Assembly (NCBI GenBank): GCA_965235115.1
Contig: OZ249436.1
Coordinates: 3,598,001 to 3,662,000, forward strand
Length of the DNA: 64,000 nucleotides
From: Laetmonice hystrix
Taxonomy: Eukaryota
Reading direction: 5' to 3'
Shown here in pieces: positions 25,139 to 38,200 of the stretch. Position 1 is the stretch's first letter. Each line of letters starts with the position of its first letter. Both the position numbers and the translations under genes were made by a program. The notes beneath the pieces were generated by a model. The model did not search any database. It had not been told where the DNA came from and saw nothing but the letters and a program-made list of their open reading frames with translations.

Positions 25139-26272
25139 TTCTGTCGGTTACGATACAGACGAGACCATATTCATTGTGGATACAATCAATGCAGAGGCTG
25201 TGATAAACAAACTACGGAATTGGCAACCTTGACATTCTAATGGGAAATAATTACTGTAATAAAGTAGATTAATGGCTTTTGAATTTAACTTGAAGAATTT
25301 CTTCCAGTTTGGCATGAGAATGTGGTCTGTCATGGAATAAACGTTTTCTTCAAACTGAAGAAGATTGGCATGTACATGTACATCATTGGCTCTTCAATAG
25401 TTTAAAACTTTTATAAACCATCAGTGATCTTAAACTAACGGAATATGTTCCCAGGAATGAGGTCAAGGATAAATATCACCCAAATGATCTATTCAAGTGC
25501 TGTCGAAAATGGAATGGTGAAAGGAGGAGTTGCCAAGAAATCATCTAAGGGATTGTTACATTTGGCCTTGAGCGATAACAAGTTGGCAGTTAGTGGTTCG
25601 GCAATACTGAATGATAATGCTGTGGTTGGATATGTATGGTTCGGAAATAGAATGGGATATGTCTGCCTGATTATACAATATTATGATATGTGTACAAGCA
25701 AACCAGTGATTATGGTTTGGTGTGGCTTGGTTGGTATACAATAAATCCGTATTTTAAAAGAAAAATCTTGCATTTTTCTCGTTTATTGCTGTGAGAAACG
25801 AAATTGTTTGGGCAATCACAGTCACACAATTGGAAACCCCAGAGATTAGCTGTGATATTTCACTGCGGATATAAAAATAGGCTTTTAACTGTTCACAGAT
25901 GGCGTAGACAATTGCTAACCGGGGGTGGGGGGAGGGGGTGGAGGGTAACATCCCCTTATTTGGCTATGTCAGAATATCAGGCAAAATTATAGACGGCTGA
26001 AGAGTGGTAATATATATACATGCAAATAGTCCTTTTGAATATATGCCACACCTGCAGAGAAACAAGTGAAATCTCAGCATCCGTTATACCGGTATTAACG
26101 TGAACTCGGGGGAATAACTAGGTTTGTAACAAAGAACATTTATTGATTCAACAGTGCTCAAATAGTTGTCACCCTACAATACTAGGTTTGCCATTACGAC
26201 TCACACAGCTTACAATTTAAGACATGCTTCGTGGCAATTCATGTATGTGTACACTGCACAGTAACAAAACAA

Positions 26273-27660
26273 AGAAAACCAGCTGATGTATACCAGGTCA
26301 GGCTAGCAATGTCTGACACAGAAACCAGCTGATGTATACCAGGTCAGCAATGTCTGACACAGAAACCAGCTGATGTATACCAGGTCAGGCTAGCAATGTC
26401 TGACACAGAAACCAGCTGATGTATACCAGGTCAGGCTAGCAATGTCTGACACAGAAACCAGCTGATGTATACCAGGTCAGGCTAGCAATGTCTGACACAG
26501 AAACCAGCTGATGTATACCAGGCTAGCAATGTCTGACACAGAAACCAGCTGATGTATACCAGGTCAGCAATGTCTGACACAGAAACCAGCTGATGTATAC
26601 CAGGTCAGGCTAGCAATGTCTGACACAGAAACCAGCTGATGTATACCAGGTCAGCAATGTCTGACACAGAAACCAGCTGATGTATACCAGGTCAGCAATG
26701 TCTGACACAGAAACCAGCTGATGTATACCAGGTCAGGCTAGCAATGTCTGACACAGAAACCAGCTGATGTATACCAGGTCAGGCTAGCAATGTCTGACAC
26801 AGAAACCAGCTGATGTATACCAGGTCAGCAATGTCTGACACAGAAACCAGCTGATGTATACCAGGTCAGCAATGTCTGACACAGAAACCAGCTGATGTAT
26901 ACCAGGTCAGCAATGTCTGACACAGAAACCAGCTGATGTATACCAGGTCAGGCTAGCGATGTCTAACACAGAAACCAGCTGATGTATACCAGGTCAGCCT
27001 AGCAATGTCTGACACAGAAACCAGCTGATGTATACCAGGTCAGCAATGTCTGACACAGAAACCAGCTGATGTATACCAGGTCAGGCTAGCAATGTCTGAC
27101 ACAGAAACCAGCTGATGTATACCAGGTCAGGCTAGCAATGTCTGACACAGAAACCAGCTGATGTATACCAGGTCAGGCTAGCAATGTCTGACACAGAAAC
27201 CAGCTGATGTATACCAGGTCAGGCTAGCAATGTCTGACACAGAAACCAGCTGATGTATACCAGGTCAGGCTAGCAATGTCTGACACAGAAACCCGCTGAT
27301 GTATACCAGGTCAGCCTAGCAATGTCTGACACAGAAACCAGCTGATGTATACCAGGTCAGCAATGTCTGACACAGAAACCAGCTGATGTATACCAGGTCA
27401 GCAATGTCTGACACAGAAACCAGCTGATGTATACCAGGTCAGCAATGTCTGACGCAGAAACCAGCTGATGTATACCAGGTCAGCAATGTCTGACACAGAA
27501 ACCAGCTGATGTATACCAGGTCAGCAATGTCTGACACAGAAACCAGCTGATGTATACCAGGTCAGCAATGTCTGACACAGAAACCAGCTGATGTATACCA
27601 GGTCGGCAATGTCTGACACAGAAACCAGCTGATGTATACCAGGTCAGCAGAGCAATGTCT
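26273..27660. repeat. 41/46-bp tandem repeat, about 31 copies
   Basis: Unit gaaaccagctgatgtataccaggtca(ggcta)gcaatgtctgacaca; two length classes are interspersed. Confidence 0.97.
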
Positions 27661-28727
27661 GACCACAGGAGTCTGACACATGGTAGCGGCTGCTGTGTTG
27701 TTATACTACTAACTATAGCTACCGCCCGCCCAATGTGTCAGACTCCTGTAGTCTGACACAGAAACCACCTGATTTCATCACATTTCTGAGATAGATTTCA
27801 AGTGAACAGGAACAGGTTACAAAACAGTGCCTTTGTGCAGTATAAACTTTCCTGAAAAGTGGACGGAATGTTTAATAGATATTATAAATTATATACAATT
27901 CTATAAACGTGCAAAAACAAAACAATGTGATAAAAATATACACCTTTTAGTTACGTACACAGTGATATAAATAATTACATTACATACCTACACATATACC
28001 AGTTAAATATGTAAGGATTATATGCATCAATTAGCTCTGAAACCTGTGGTTGACCTGCCACAATGTAGGTGACACGAACTTAGGTAGTATAGTATAATAT
28101 ACTGCTCACTGTAACCCTGACTTCAATGTCTAATACTACCGAATGTTCAATTACCGAATTGCAGACCACCTTTCCTTATAAAATTCAATTTCCATTTTTT
28201 CAACTAGTTCTAAGCAGTAGAATTTTACACCACATTCCACACCACTTTTTATGACATGTGGGATGTGGGACTGACATGTCGAGAAATTGAGCGGAATGGA
28301 CACTACCCCACGCGGTATGGACATACTCAGTCCAACTAGTTCAATCTGAACAGTTCTTTACAGGTTGACGACTGAATTCTGATTGTGCACTCAAACATCA
28401 GCTCTGGCGTCTTGGACGCGACTATACACACCAAAAAAACAAACAAACTCCAGGCCGTTGTCTCAGCTGTGTTTGCCATGACAAAATGTACACTTAAAGT
28501 GCTCGTAATAATTAGGAGGAGGAATAAAAGTACAGGATCTTCAGCAGTTTAATTCCGTCACTCCTTACAGAACTAAGTCTGGAAGGCACATGGTTCGAGA
28601 TGTAGGGCATATGCACTTTTTCACATGATTCAGCACAAAACCTTTTGAAACCCCAAATGGACTAACTACCTTTTAACTCGTAATGTGACCTATAAACTGA
28701 TATGTAAGCGTTTGTAGAGTTATCTCA

Positions 28728-28945
28728 TACACGTGTATGTGACCCATGAGCTTGCACTGATCCATTCCCCACCTTCTCACACAGTGGACGGAGAAAGCCG
28801 TGTGTACTGGGAACACGTGTATGTGACCCATGAGCTTGCACTGATCCATTCCCCACCTTCTCACACAGTGGACGGAGAAAGCAGCGTGTACTGCCAACAC
28901 GTGTATGTGACCCATGAGCTTGCACTGATCCATTCCCCACCTTCT
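28728..28945. repeat. 87-bp tandem repeat, about 2.5 copies
   Basis: acacgtgtatgtgacccatgagcttgcactgatccattccccaccttctc occurs three times. Confidence 0.9.
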
Positions 28946-29200
28946 CTTCACGAAAACAGGCCTCTTATAGCACAAACAAATTGAGGCCAATGGAGTTTGA
29001 AGAAAAGATCTTTGGAAGAACCAAATGTTTAGAACCCCTCGTCTAATTTAAAATGCCAACCACAGGCCGACTTGTAATCTGTGGGACTGTTTTATCACAA
29101 GATGATTCAGTACTGCTGTGTGAGTATATACACCTAACGTCAGTACTGCTGTGCGAGTATACACCTAATGTCTCTATTTGTATCACAGTTGTAAGATAGT

Positions 29201-32200
29201 TTAAAAAAAACGAGCTGCACTTCCTCGGCTGCTACTGACAATGACGTCATCATCGCTGTCATCGTCACTGTCCTGTGCTGCCCGAGATGATTTCCGTGGA
29301 GATTGTGGAGGTTTCTACAATGTACATGGAAACGTTCATGTTACCGGTAATCTGAACAGCAAAACTTTTACTGAATGAATACCATGTAAAGAAAACTGTT
29401 TGATCATGAGCATTTATGGTTATCCTTTTGGTCCCATTGCCATGAAACTGGCGATAGGGGTTAGGTTAGGCACAGAGCTCGTCAATTTTCTGTTCTTAGA
29501 GTTAGTGGCTGGGCTAGTGATAGTGATCGAGTTAGTGGCTGGGCTAGTGATAGTGATAGATTTCCTGTACTTAGAGTTAGTGGCTGGGCTAGTGATAGTG
29601 AGATTTCCTGTACTTAGAGTTAGGGGCTGGGCTAGTGATAGTGATAGATTTCCTGTACTTAGAGTTAGTGGCTGGGCTAGTGATAGTGATAGATTTCCTG
29701 TACTTAGAGTTAGTGGCTGGGCTAGTGATAGTGATAGATTTCCTGTACTTAGAGTTAGTGGCTGGGCTAGTGATAGTGATAGATTTCCTGTACTTAGAGT
29801 TAGGGGCTGGGCTAGTGATCGTGATAGATTTTCTGTTCTTAGAGTCAGTGGCTGGGCTAGTGATAGTGATAGATTTTCTGTTCTTAGAGTCAGTGGCTGG
29901 GCTAGTGATTGTGATAGATTTTCTGTTCTTAGAGTTAGTGGCTGGGCTAGTGATTGTGATAGATTTTCTGTTCTTAGAGTTAGTGACTGGGCTAGTGATA
30001 GTGATAGATTTTCGGTTCTTAGAGTTAGTGGCTGGGCTAGGGATGGTGATAGATTTTCTGTTCTTAGAGTTAGTGGCTGGGCTAGTGATAGTGATAGATT
30101 TTCTGTTCTTAGAGTTAGTGGCTGGGCTAGTGATAGTGATAGATTTCCTGTACTTAGAGTTAGTGGCTGGGCTAGTGATCGTGATAGATTTTCTGTTCTT
30201 AGAGTCAGTGGCTGGGCTAGTGATAGTGATAGATTTTCTGTTCTTAGAGTCAGTGGCTGGGCTAGTGATTGTGATAGATTTTCTGTTCTTAGAGTTAGTG
30301 GCTGGGCTAGTGATTGTGATAGATTTTCTGTTCTTAGAGTTAGTGGCTGGGCTAGTGATAGTGATAGATTTTCGGTTCTTAGAGTTAGTGGCTGGGCTAG
30401 TGATTGTGATAGATTTTCTGTTCTTAGAGTTAGTGGCTGGGCTAGTGATAGTGATAGATTTTCGGTTCTTAGAGTTAGTGGCTGGGCTAGTGATAGTGAT
30501 AGATTTTCTGTTCTTAGAGTTAGTGGCTGGGCTAGTGATAGTGATAGATTTTCTGTACTTAGAGTTAGTGGCTGGGCTAGTGATAGTGATAGATTTTCTG
30601 TTCTTAGAGTTAGTGGCTGGGCTAGTGATAGTGATAGATTTTCTGTTCTTAGAGTTAGTGGCTGGGCTAGTGATAGTGATAGATTTTCTGTTCTTAGAGT
30701 TAGTGGCTGGGCTAGGGATGGTGATAGATTTTCTGTTCTTAGAGTTAGTGGCTGGGCTAGTGATAGTGATAGATTTTCTGTTCTTAGAGTTAGTGGCTGG
30801 GCTAGGGATGGTGATAGATTTTCTGTTCTTAGAGTTAGTGGCTGGGCTAGGGATGGTGATAGGTTTTCTGTTCTTTGAGTTAGTGGCTGGGCTAGTGATA
30901 GTGATAGATTTTCTGTTCTTAGAGTTAGTGGCTGGGCTAGGGATGGTGATAGATTTTCTGTTCTTAGAGTTAGGGGCTGGGCTAGTGATGGTGATAGATT
31001 TTCTGTACTTAGAGTTAGTGGCTGGGCTAGGGATGGTGATAGATTTTCTGTTCTTAGAGTTAGTGGCTGGGCTAGTGATAGTGATAGATTTTCTCAATGG
31101 TACACTGTGAAAATAACTCTACACAGTAAAATGTGGTTGGTAGTACCGGTACCTACCCTCACTACGCTTCTCAAGGAATTCACCTTTGGCGATACCCGAC
31201 CTGCAATTAGATACCATCATCAGATTTTGGCAGCAAAATACAATATCAAGATGATGCAGAATATCATAACTGTTTGAAATATTATCAAAAGCAAGGAAAA
31301 CCTTTCTAACCTGAACGGCGTGATGATCGTGATATTGTGGAGTAACGGTCATCATCGTCATCTTCTTCACCTGCCGAGTTCAAACCTTGAATCAGACAAT
31401 AACAAACACATTCAAAGATAGAACATTGGCTTAGTCTTACGGGTATCGAAATCCACTGTACCTTGAGACGTGTTAGAATCTTTCAGAAGTCTTTTGTCAT
31501 CTTTAGATCAGCTTTAAACACATCCCTAAATTCTTCATGATTCATGGTAGCCCTAGTCATATTGCTCGACCCAGATACCTTTAAACACATCACTAAGTTC
31601 TTCATGATTCATGATACCCTAGTCATATTCCTCGACCCAGACACCTTTAAACACATCCCTAAGTTCTTCATGGTACCCTAGTCATATTGCTCGACCCAGA
31701 TACCTTTAAACACATCCCTAAGTTCTTCATGGTACCCTAGTCATATTGCTCGACCCAGATACCTTTAAACACATCCCTAAGTTCTTCTTGGTTCACGGTA
31801 GCCCTAGTCATATTGCTCGACCCAGATACCTTTAAACACATCCCTAAGTTCTTCTTGGTTCACGGTAGCCCTAGTCATATTGCTCGACCCAGATACCTTT
31901 AAACACATCCCTAAGTTCTTCTTGGTTCACGGTAGCCCTAGTCATATTGCTCGACCCAGATACCTTTAAACACATCCCTAAGTTCTTCTTGGTTCACGGT
32001 AGCCCTAGTCATATTGCTCGACCCAGATACCTTTAAACACATCCCTAAGTTCTTCATGATTCATGGTACCCTAGTCATATTGCTCGACCCAGATACCTTT
32101 AAACACATCCCTAAGTTCTTCATGATTCATGATACCCTAGTCATATTGCTCGACCCAGATACCTTTAAACACATCACTAAGTTGTTCATGATTCACGGTA

Positions 32201-35200
32201 GCCCTAGTCATATTGCTCGACCCAGATACCTTTAAACACATCCCTAAGTTGTTCATGATTCATGGTACCCTAGTCATATTCCTCGACCCAGATACCTTTA
32301 AACACATCCCTAAGTTCTTCATGATTCACGGTAGCCCTAGTCATATTGCTCGACCCAGATACCTTTAAACACATCCCTAAGTTCTTCATGGTTCATGGTA
32401 GCCCTAGTCATATTGCTCGACCCAGATACCTTTAAACACGGTTCATGGTACCCTAGTCATATTGCTCGACCCAGATACCTTTAAACACATCCCTAAGTTC
32501 TTCATGATTCATGGTAGCCCTAGTCACATTGCTCGACCCAGATACCTACACCTGCCTCGATACACCTCGATACCTGCCCAGATACCTACATGTATGTGAA
32601 ATGTTTTAATACTGATTAAAACAGATGTTAGCAAAAACATTCCACAAGAGGATTTCCTTTTGTTAATATAGTAAATCTCCTGATTTTACCTTTGGGGCTA
32701 TGTCTGCCATAGCTGGTGCTTCCTCGTCGAGATAACACAGGGGATTTGCTACTACTCCTGAAACATGGAGCCAAAACAACGAAAAAATTAAACCGGGATT
32801 GTTTTGTACATGCAGTATGAAAGGACTTGGGTCTAGATTGTGAGACAAAGGTTTGACGCTTCAGTCTCTGATAAAAAGTACAAGACAATGTACGGAGAAA
32901 GTCATGCACTGTAAAAACGTCGACAGGTTCAACATTGTGTCTTGTACTGGCAATTCAGTGGATTAGGAAAACGACAACATTATTAAGATGGGTCAAGTGT
33001 TTTAAAAATTCTACATGCAGAACCTTTAAGGTAATATTTAAAAACCCACTAATACCATTGAAGACTGTATAACATTTAGAAATAATGAAAATCATCCTTA
33101 ATTGCAAGTTTTCCTTCTCTTTGTCACGATATTTTAACATGAACAAAACAAGATGCTTCGGAAGGCTACTAGTCTCTATATGGTCTATCTCACATACACC
33201 AAAATAAATTCCTTATAATCATCTACACTTTCTCTGTCAAAACTAGCGCTAAACTAATCAGCTACAGACTGTATTTGGTTAATAATTAACTTGGTACAAA
33301 GACTTAAAGCACCCTACACACCCAAGTAACCAAATGTTTACTTCCATCTAAACCCTACAGTACTCTACCTAACTGCCACATTTTACCAGCATCAAGCATA
33401 CTAATGTAGCATGTCATATACTGAAAATACATTTATATCTGCAATCTACAGCGCTGTTTGATTTCAGTTTCTAGGACATCAATACAAGTTTTAGCATGTA
33501 CCAGTTTTATTTTGTATTACCAAAGCGTTAGGGCTGGCATTAGTAATTTTACAATCCTAGGACAAACATTATAGTGGTGCCGCCTTCAGAATATTAATTA
33601 AAAATAAATAAGTCACATTTTATAGAAGGTATAAAGTTCTTTCGAGATGGAGAAATTTTGAGGGAGTATACTGTGGTACACCACATGTTTCTCCAGGAAG
33701 GCAGACAAAGTTAGAATGTGTTATGTGAGCTATACATCCCACAACACCTCCAGGTGAGGACATGAAAATAGAACAAAGGTCACTGGCCAAAGGTCAGTCA
33801 TGCGCAGCATGTAAACCATCCATCCCGTAACCTGCCCACTCGTGTACGTGTGGCAGGTTTTAAAGGTCGACCCCAGCACAAAGAGACACTGAGAATATAC
33901 AAATATTTAAGTAAAAAGAGGTTCTGAAAGGGGGAAGAACGACATATCCAGACAAATTTTGAAGATTAGGTGATACATGTATATGATATTATAACACCTC
34001 CCCTTCTGATGGAAAAGTTTGATGCAAAATTTCATGCATAAGATCTCCTGTCTTTAAAAACTTTAATCAGTTCTGCCTTGACACGTGTCTCTCTATAACA
34101 ATCTGAAGGTCGACCTTTAATTAGTTATAAATAGCTGGAGAACGCCATGCCTAGCTACTGGACCCATGGAGGTCACCTGGTTTGATTGTTGCCCAGGTAG
34201 CGACACCTGGCGAGATGACTTCGAAACGCTGACTGCACTGTCACCACAGCGTCCTCCATGTCAGAGTCGGAGTCTGACACCAACCTGCAAGTGTACCCCC
34301 ACTGGACGGTCATACCCCTGAACCAGTATGTCTACTTCTGTTAGTGTATCCAACCTGCAAGTGTACCCCCACTGGACGGTCATACCCCTGAACCAGTATG
34401 TCTACTTCTGTTAGTGTATCCAACCTACAAGTGTACCCCCACTCAATGGTCATACCCCTGAACCAGTATGTCTACTTCTGTTAGTGTACCCAACCTACAA
34501 GTGTACCCCCACTCAATGGTCATACCCCTGAACCAGTATGTCTACTTCTGTTAGTGTATCCAACCTACAAGTGTACCCCCACTCAATGGTCATACCCCTG
34601 AACCAGTATGTCTACTTCTGTTAGTGTATCCAACCTACAAGTGTACCCCCACTCAATGGTCATACCCCTGAACCAGTATGTCTACTTCTGTTAGTGTATC
34701 CAACCTACAAGTGTACCCCCACTCAATGGTCATACCCCTGAACCAGTATGTCTACTTCTGTTAGTGTATCCAACCTACAAGTGTACCCCCACTCAATGGT
34801 CATACCCCTGAACCAGTATGTCTACTTCTGTTAGTGTATCCAACCTGCAAGTGTACCCCCACTCAATGGTCATACCCCTGAACCAGTATATATGTCTACT
34901 TCTGTTAGTGTACCCAACCTACAAGTGTGCCCCCACTCAATGGTCATACCCCTGAACCAGTATGTCTACTTCTGTTAGTGTATCCAACCTGCAAGTGTAC
35001 TCCCACTCAATGGTCATACCCCTGAACCAGTATGTCTACTTCTGTTAGTGTATCCAACCTGCAAGTGTACTCCCACTCAATGGTCATACCCCTGAACCAG
35101 TATGTCTACTTCTGTTAGTGTATCCAACCTGCAAGTGTACTCCCACTCAATGGTCATACCCCTGAACCAGTATGTCTACTTCTGTTAGTGTATCCAACCT

Positions 35201-38200
35201 GCAAGTGTACCCCGCCCACTCAATGGTCATACCCCTGAACCAGTATATATGTCTACTTCTGTTAGTGTATCCAACCTGCAAGTGTGCCCCCACTCAATGG
35301 TCATACCCCTGAACCAGTATATATGTCTACTTCTGTTAGTGTATCCAACCTGCAAGTGTACCCCCACTCAATGGTCATACCCCTGAACCAGTATGTCTAC
35401 TTCTGTTAGTGTAACCAACCTACAAGTGTACCCCCACTCAATGGTCATACCCCTGAACCAGTATGTCTACTTCTGTTAGTGTATCCAACCTACAAGTGTA
35501 CCCCCACTCAATGGTCATACCCCTGAACCAGTATGTCTACTTCTGTTAGTGTATCCAACCTGCAAGTGTACCCCCACTCAATGGTCATACCCCTGAACCA
35601 GTATGTCTACTTCTGTTAGTGTATCCAACCTACAAGTGTACCCCCACTCAATGGTCATACCCCTGAACCAGTATATATGTCTACTTCTGTTAGTGTATCC
35701 AACCTACAAGTGTACCCCCACTCAATGGTCATACCCCTGAACCAGTATATATGTCTACTTCTGTTAGTGTATCCAACCTGCAAGTGTACCCCCACTCAAT
35801 GGTCATACCCCTGAACCAGTATGTCTACTTCTGTTAGTGTATCCAACCTGCAAGTGTACTCCCACTCAATGGTCATACCCCTGAACCAGTATGTCTACTT
35901 CTGTTAGTGTATCCAACCTGCAAGTGTACCCCGCCCACTCAATGGTCATACCCCTGAACCAGTATATATGTCTACTTCTGTTAGTGTATCCAACCTGCAA
36001 GTGTGCCCCCACTCAATGGTCATACCCCTGAACCAGTATATATGTCTACTTCTGTTAGTGTATCCAACCTGCAAGTGTGCCCCCACTCAATGGTCATACC
36101 CCTGAACCAGTATGTCTACTTCTGTTAGTGTATCCAACCTGCAAGTGTACTCCCACTCAATGGTCATACCCCTGAACCAGTATGTCTACTTCTGTTAGTG
36201 TATCCAACCTGCAAGTGTACTCCCACTCAATGGTCATACCCCTGAACCAGTATGTCTACTTCTGTTAGTGTATCCAACCTGCAAGTGTACCCCGCCCACT
36301 CAATGGTCATACCCCTGAACCAGTATATATGTCTACTTCTGTTAGTGTATCCAACCTGCAAGTGTGCCCCCACTCAATGGTCATACCCCTGAACCAGTAT
36401 ATATGTCTACTTCTGTTAGTGTATCCAACCTGCAAGTGTACCCCCACTCAATGGTCATACCCCTGAACCAGTATGTCTACTTCTGTTAGTGTAACCAACC
36501 TACAAGTGTACCCCCACTCAATGGTCATACCCCTGAACCAGTATGTCTACTTCTGTTAGTGTATCCAACCTACAAGTGTACCCCCACTCAATGGTCATAC
36601 CCCTGAACCAGTATGTCTACTTCTGTTAGTGTATCCAACCTGCAAGTGTACCCCCACTCAATGGTCATACCCCTGAACCAGTATGTCTACTTCTGTTAGT
36701 GTATCCAACCTACAAGTGTACCCCCACTCAATGGTCATACCCCTGAACCAGTATATATGTCTACTTCTGTTAGTGTATCCAACCTACAAGTGTACCCCCA
36801 CTCAATGGTCATACCCCTGAACCAGTATATATGTCTACTTCTGTTAGTGTATCCAACCTGCAAGTGTACCCCCACTCAATGGTCATACCCCTGAACCAGT
36901 ATGTCTACTTCTGTTAGTGTATCCAACCTACAAGTGTACCCCCACTCAATGGTAATACCCCTGAACCAGTATGTCTACTTCTGTTAGTGTATCCAACCTA
37001 CAAGTGTACCCCCACTCAATGGTCATACCCCTGAACCAGTATATGTGTACTTCTGTTAGTGTATCCAACCTGCAAGTGTACCCCCACTCAATGGTCATAC
37101 CCCTGAACCAGTATGTCTACTTCTGTTAGTGTATCCAACCTACAAGTGTACCCCCACTCAATGGTCATACCCCTGAACCAGTATATATGTCTACTTCTGT
37201 TAGTGTATCCAACCTGCAAGTGTACCCCCACTCAATGGTCATACCCCTGAACCAGTATATATGTCTACTTCTGTTAGTGTACCCAACCTGCAAGTGTACC
37301 CCCACTCAATGGTCATACCCCTGAACCAGTATATATGTCTACTTCTGTTAGTGTATCCAACCTACAAGTGTACCCCCACTCAATGGTCATACCCCTGAAC
37401 CAGTATATATGTCTACTTCTGTTAGTGTATCCAACCTACAAGTGTACCCCCACTCAATGGTCATACCCCTGAACCAGTATGTCTACTTCTGTTAGTGTAT
37501 CCAACCTACAAGTGTACCCCCACTCAATGGTCATACCCCTGAACCAGTATATATGTCTACTTCTGTTAGTGTATCCAACCTACAAGTGTACCCCCACTCA
37601 ATGGTCATACCCCTGAACCAGTATATATGTCTACTTCTGTTAGTGTATCCAACCTACAAGTGTACCCCCACTCAATGGTCATACCCCTGAACCATATACT
37701 TGTGTTAGTGTATGTAAACAAGCATACCCGTGAATTGCATGTAGTTTTGATGCATCGCTACATTCCATCATACTTTCCGTACCGGTAGTTATGTACAATG
37801 TGTACATATTTTAAATGATTATAATCAGAACTTTCATTTGAAGTTAGAAAATTAAAGAGATAATTTTGCTTTCACTTAAGCACCATGTTGTCCATGCTGC
37901 CCAATTTGAAAACAATGTAGAGGCCAAGGCATCACTGTCGGAACTAAGAATTGTTTCAAATTAAATAGCTACTCATATTAGGCCATACACCACATCTTCA
38001 TCTGTACATGTATACCACTAAAATTAAAAAAAAAATTAATGATATCCGCCTAAAGACAACTAATTCGGTCATGTTATATATTTATAAATAACTTGGTACT
38101 AGCTACAGACACTCATGTTTGTAATTGTCTAAAAATGATGATTCAGTTTCTGTTCATGTGTTTTTGTACACGTGTATAGATATGTACAGTTTGATCACAT

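Noticed and set aside
29400..31110. Three ORFs of about 490-500 aa
   Set aside because: They are translations of a 45-bp intronic satellite open in several frames on both strands, with no domain content.
7149..37710. Regular repeats as possible CRISPR arrays
   Set aside because: Units are contiguous with no unique spacers, there are no cas genes, and the context is intron-containing eukaryotic DNA.
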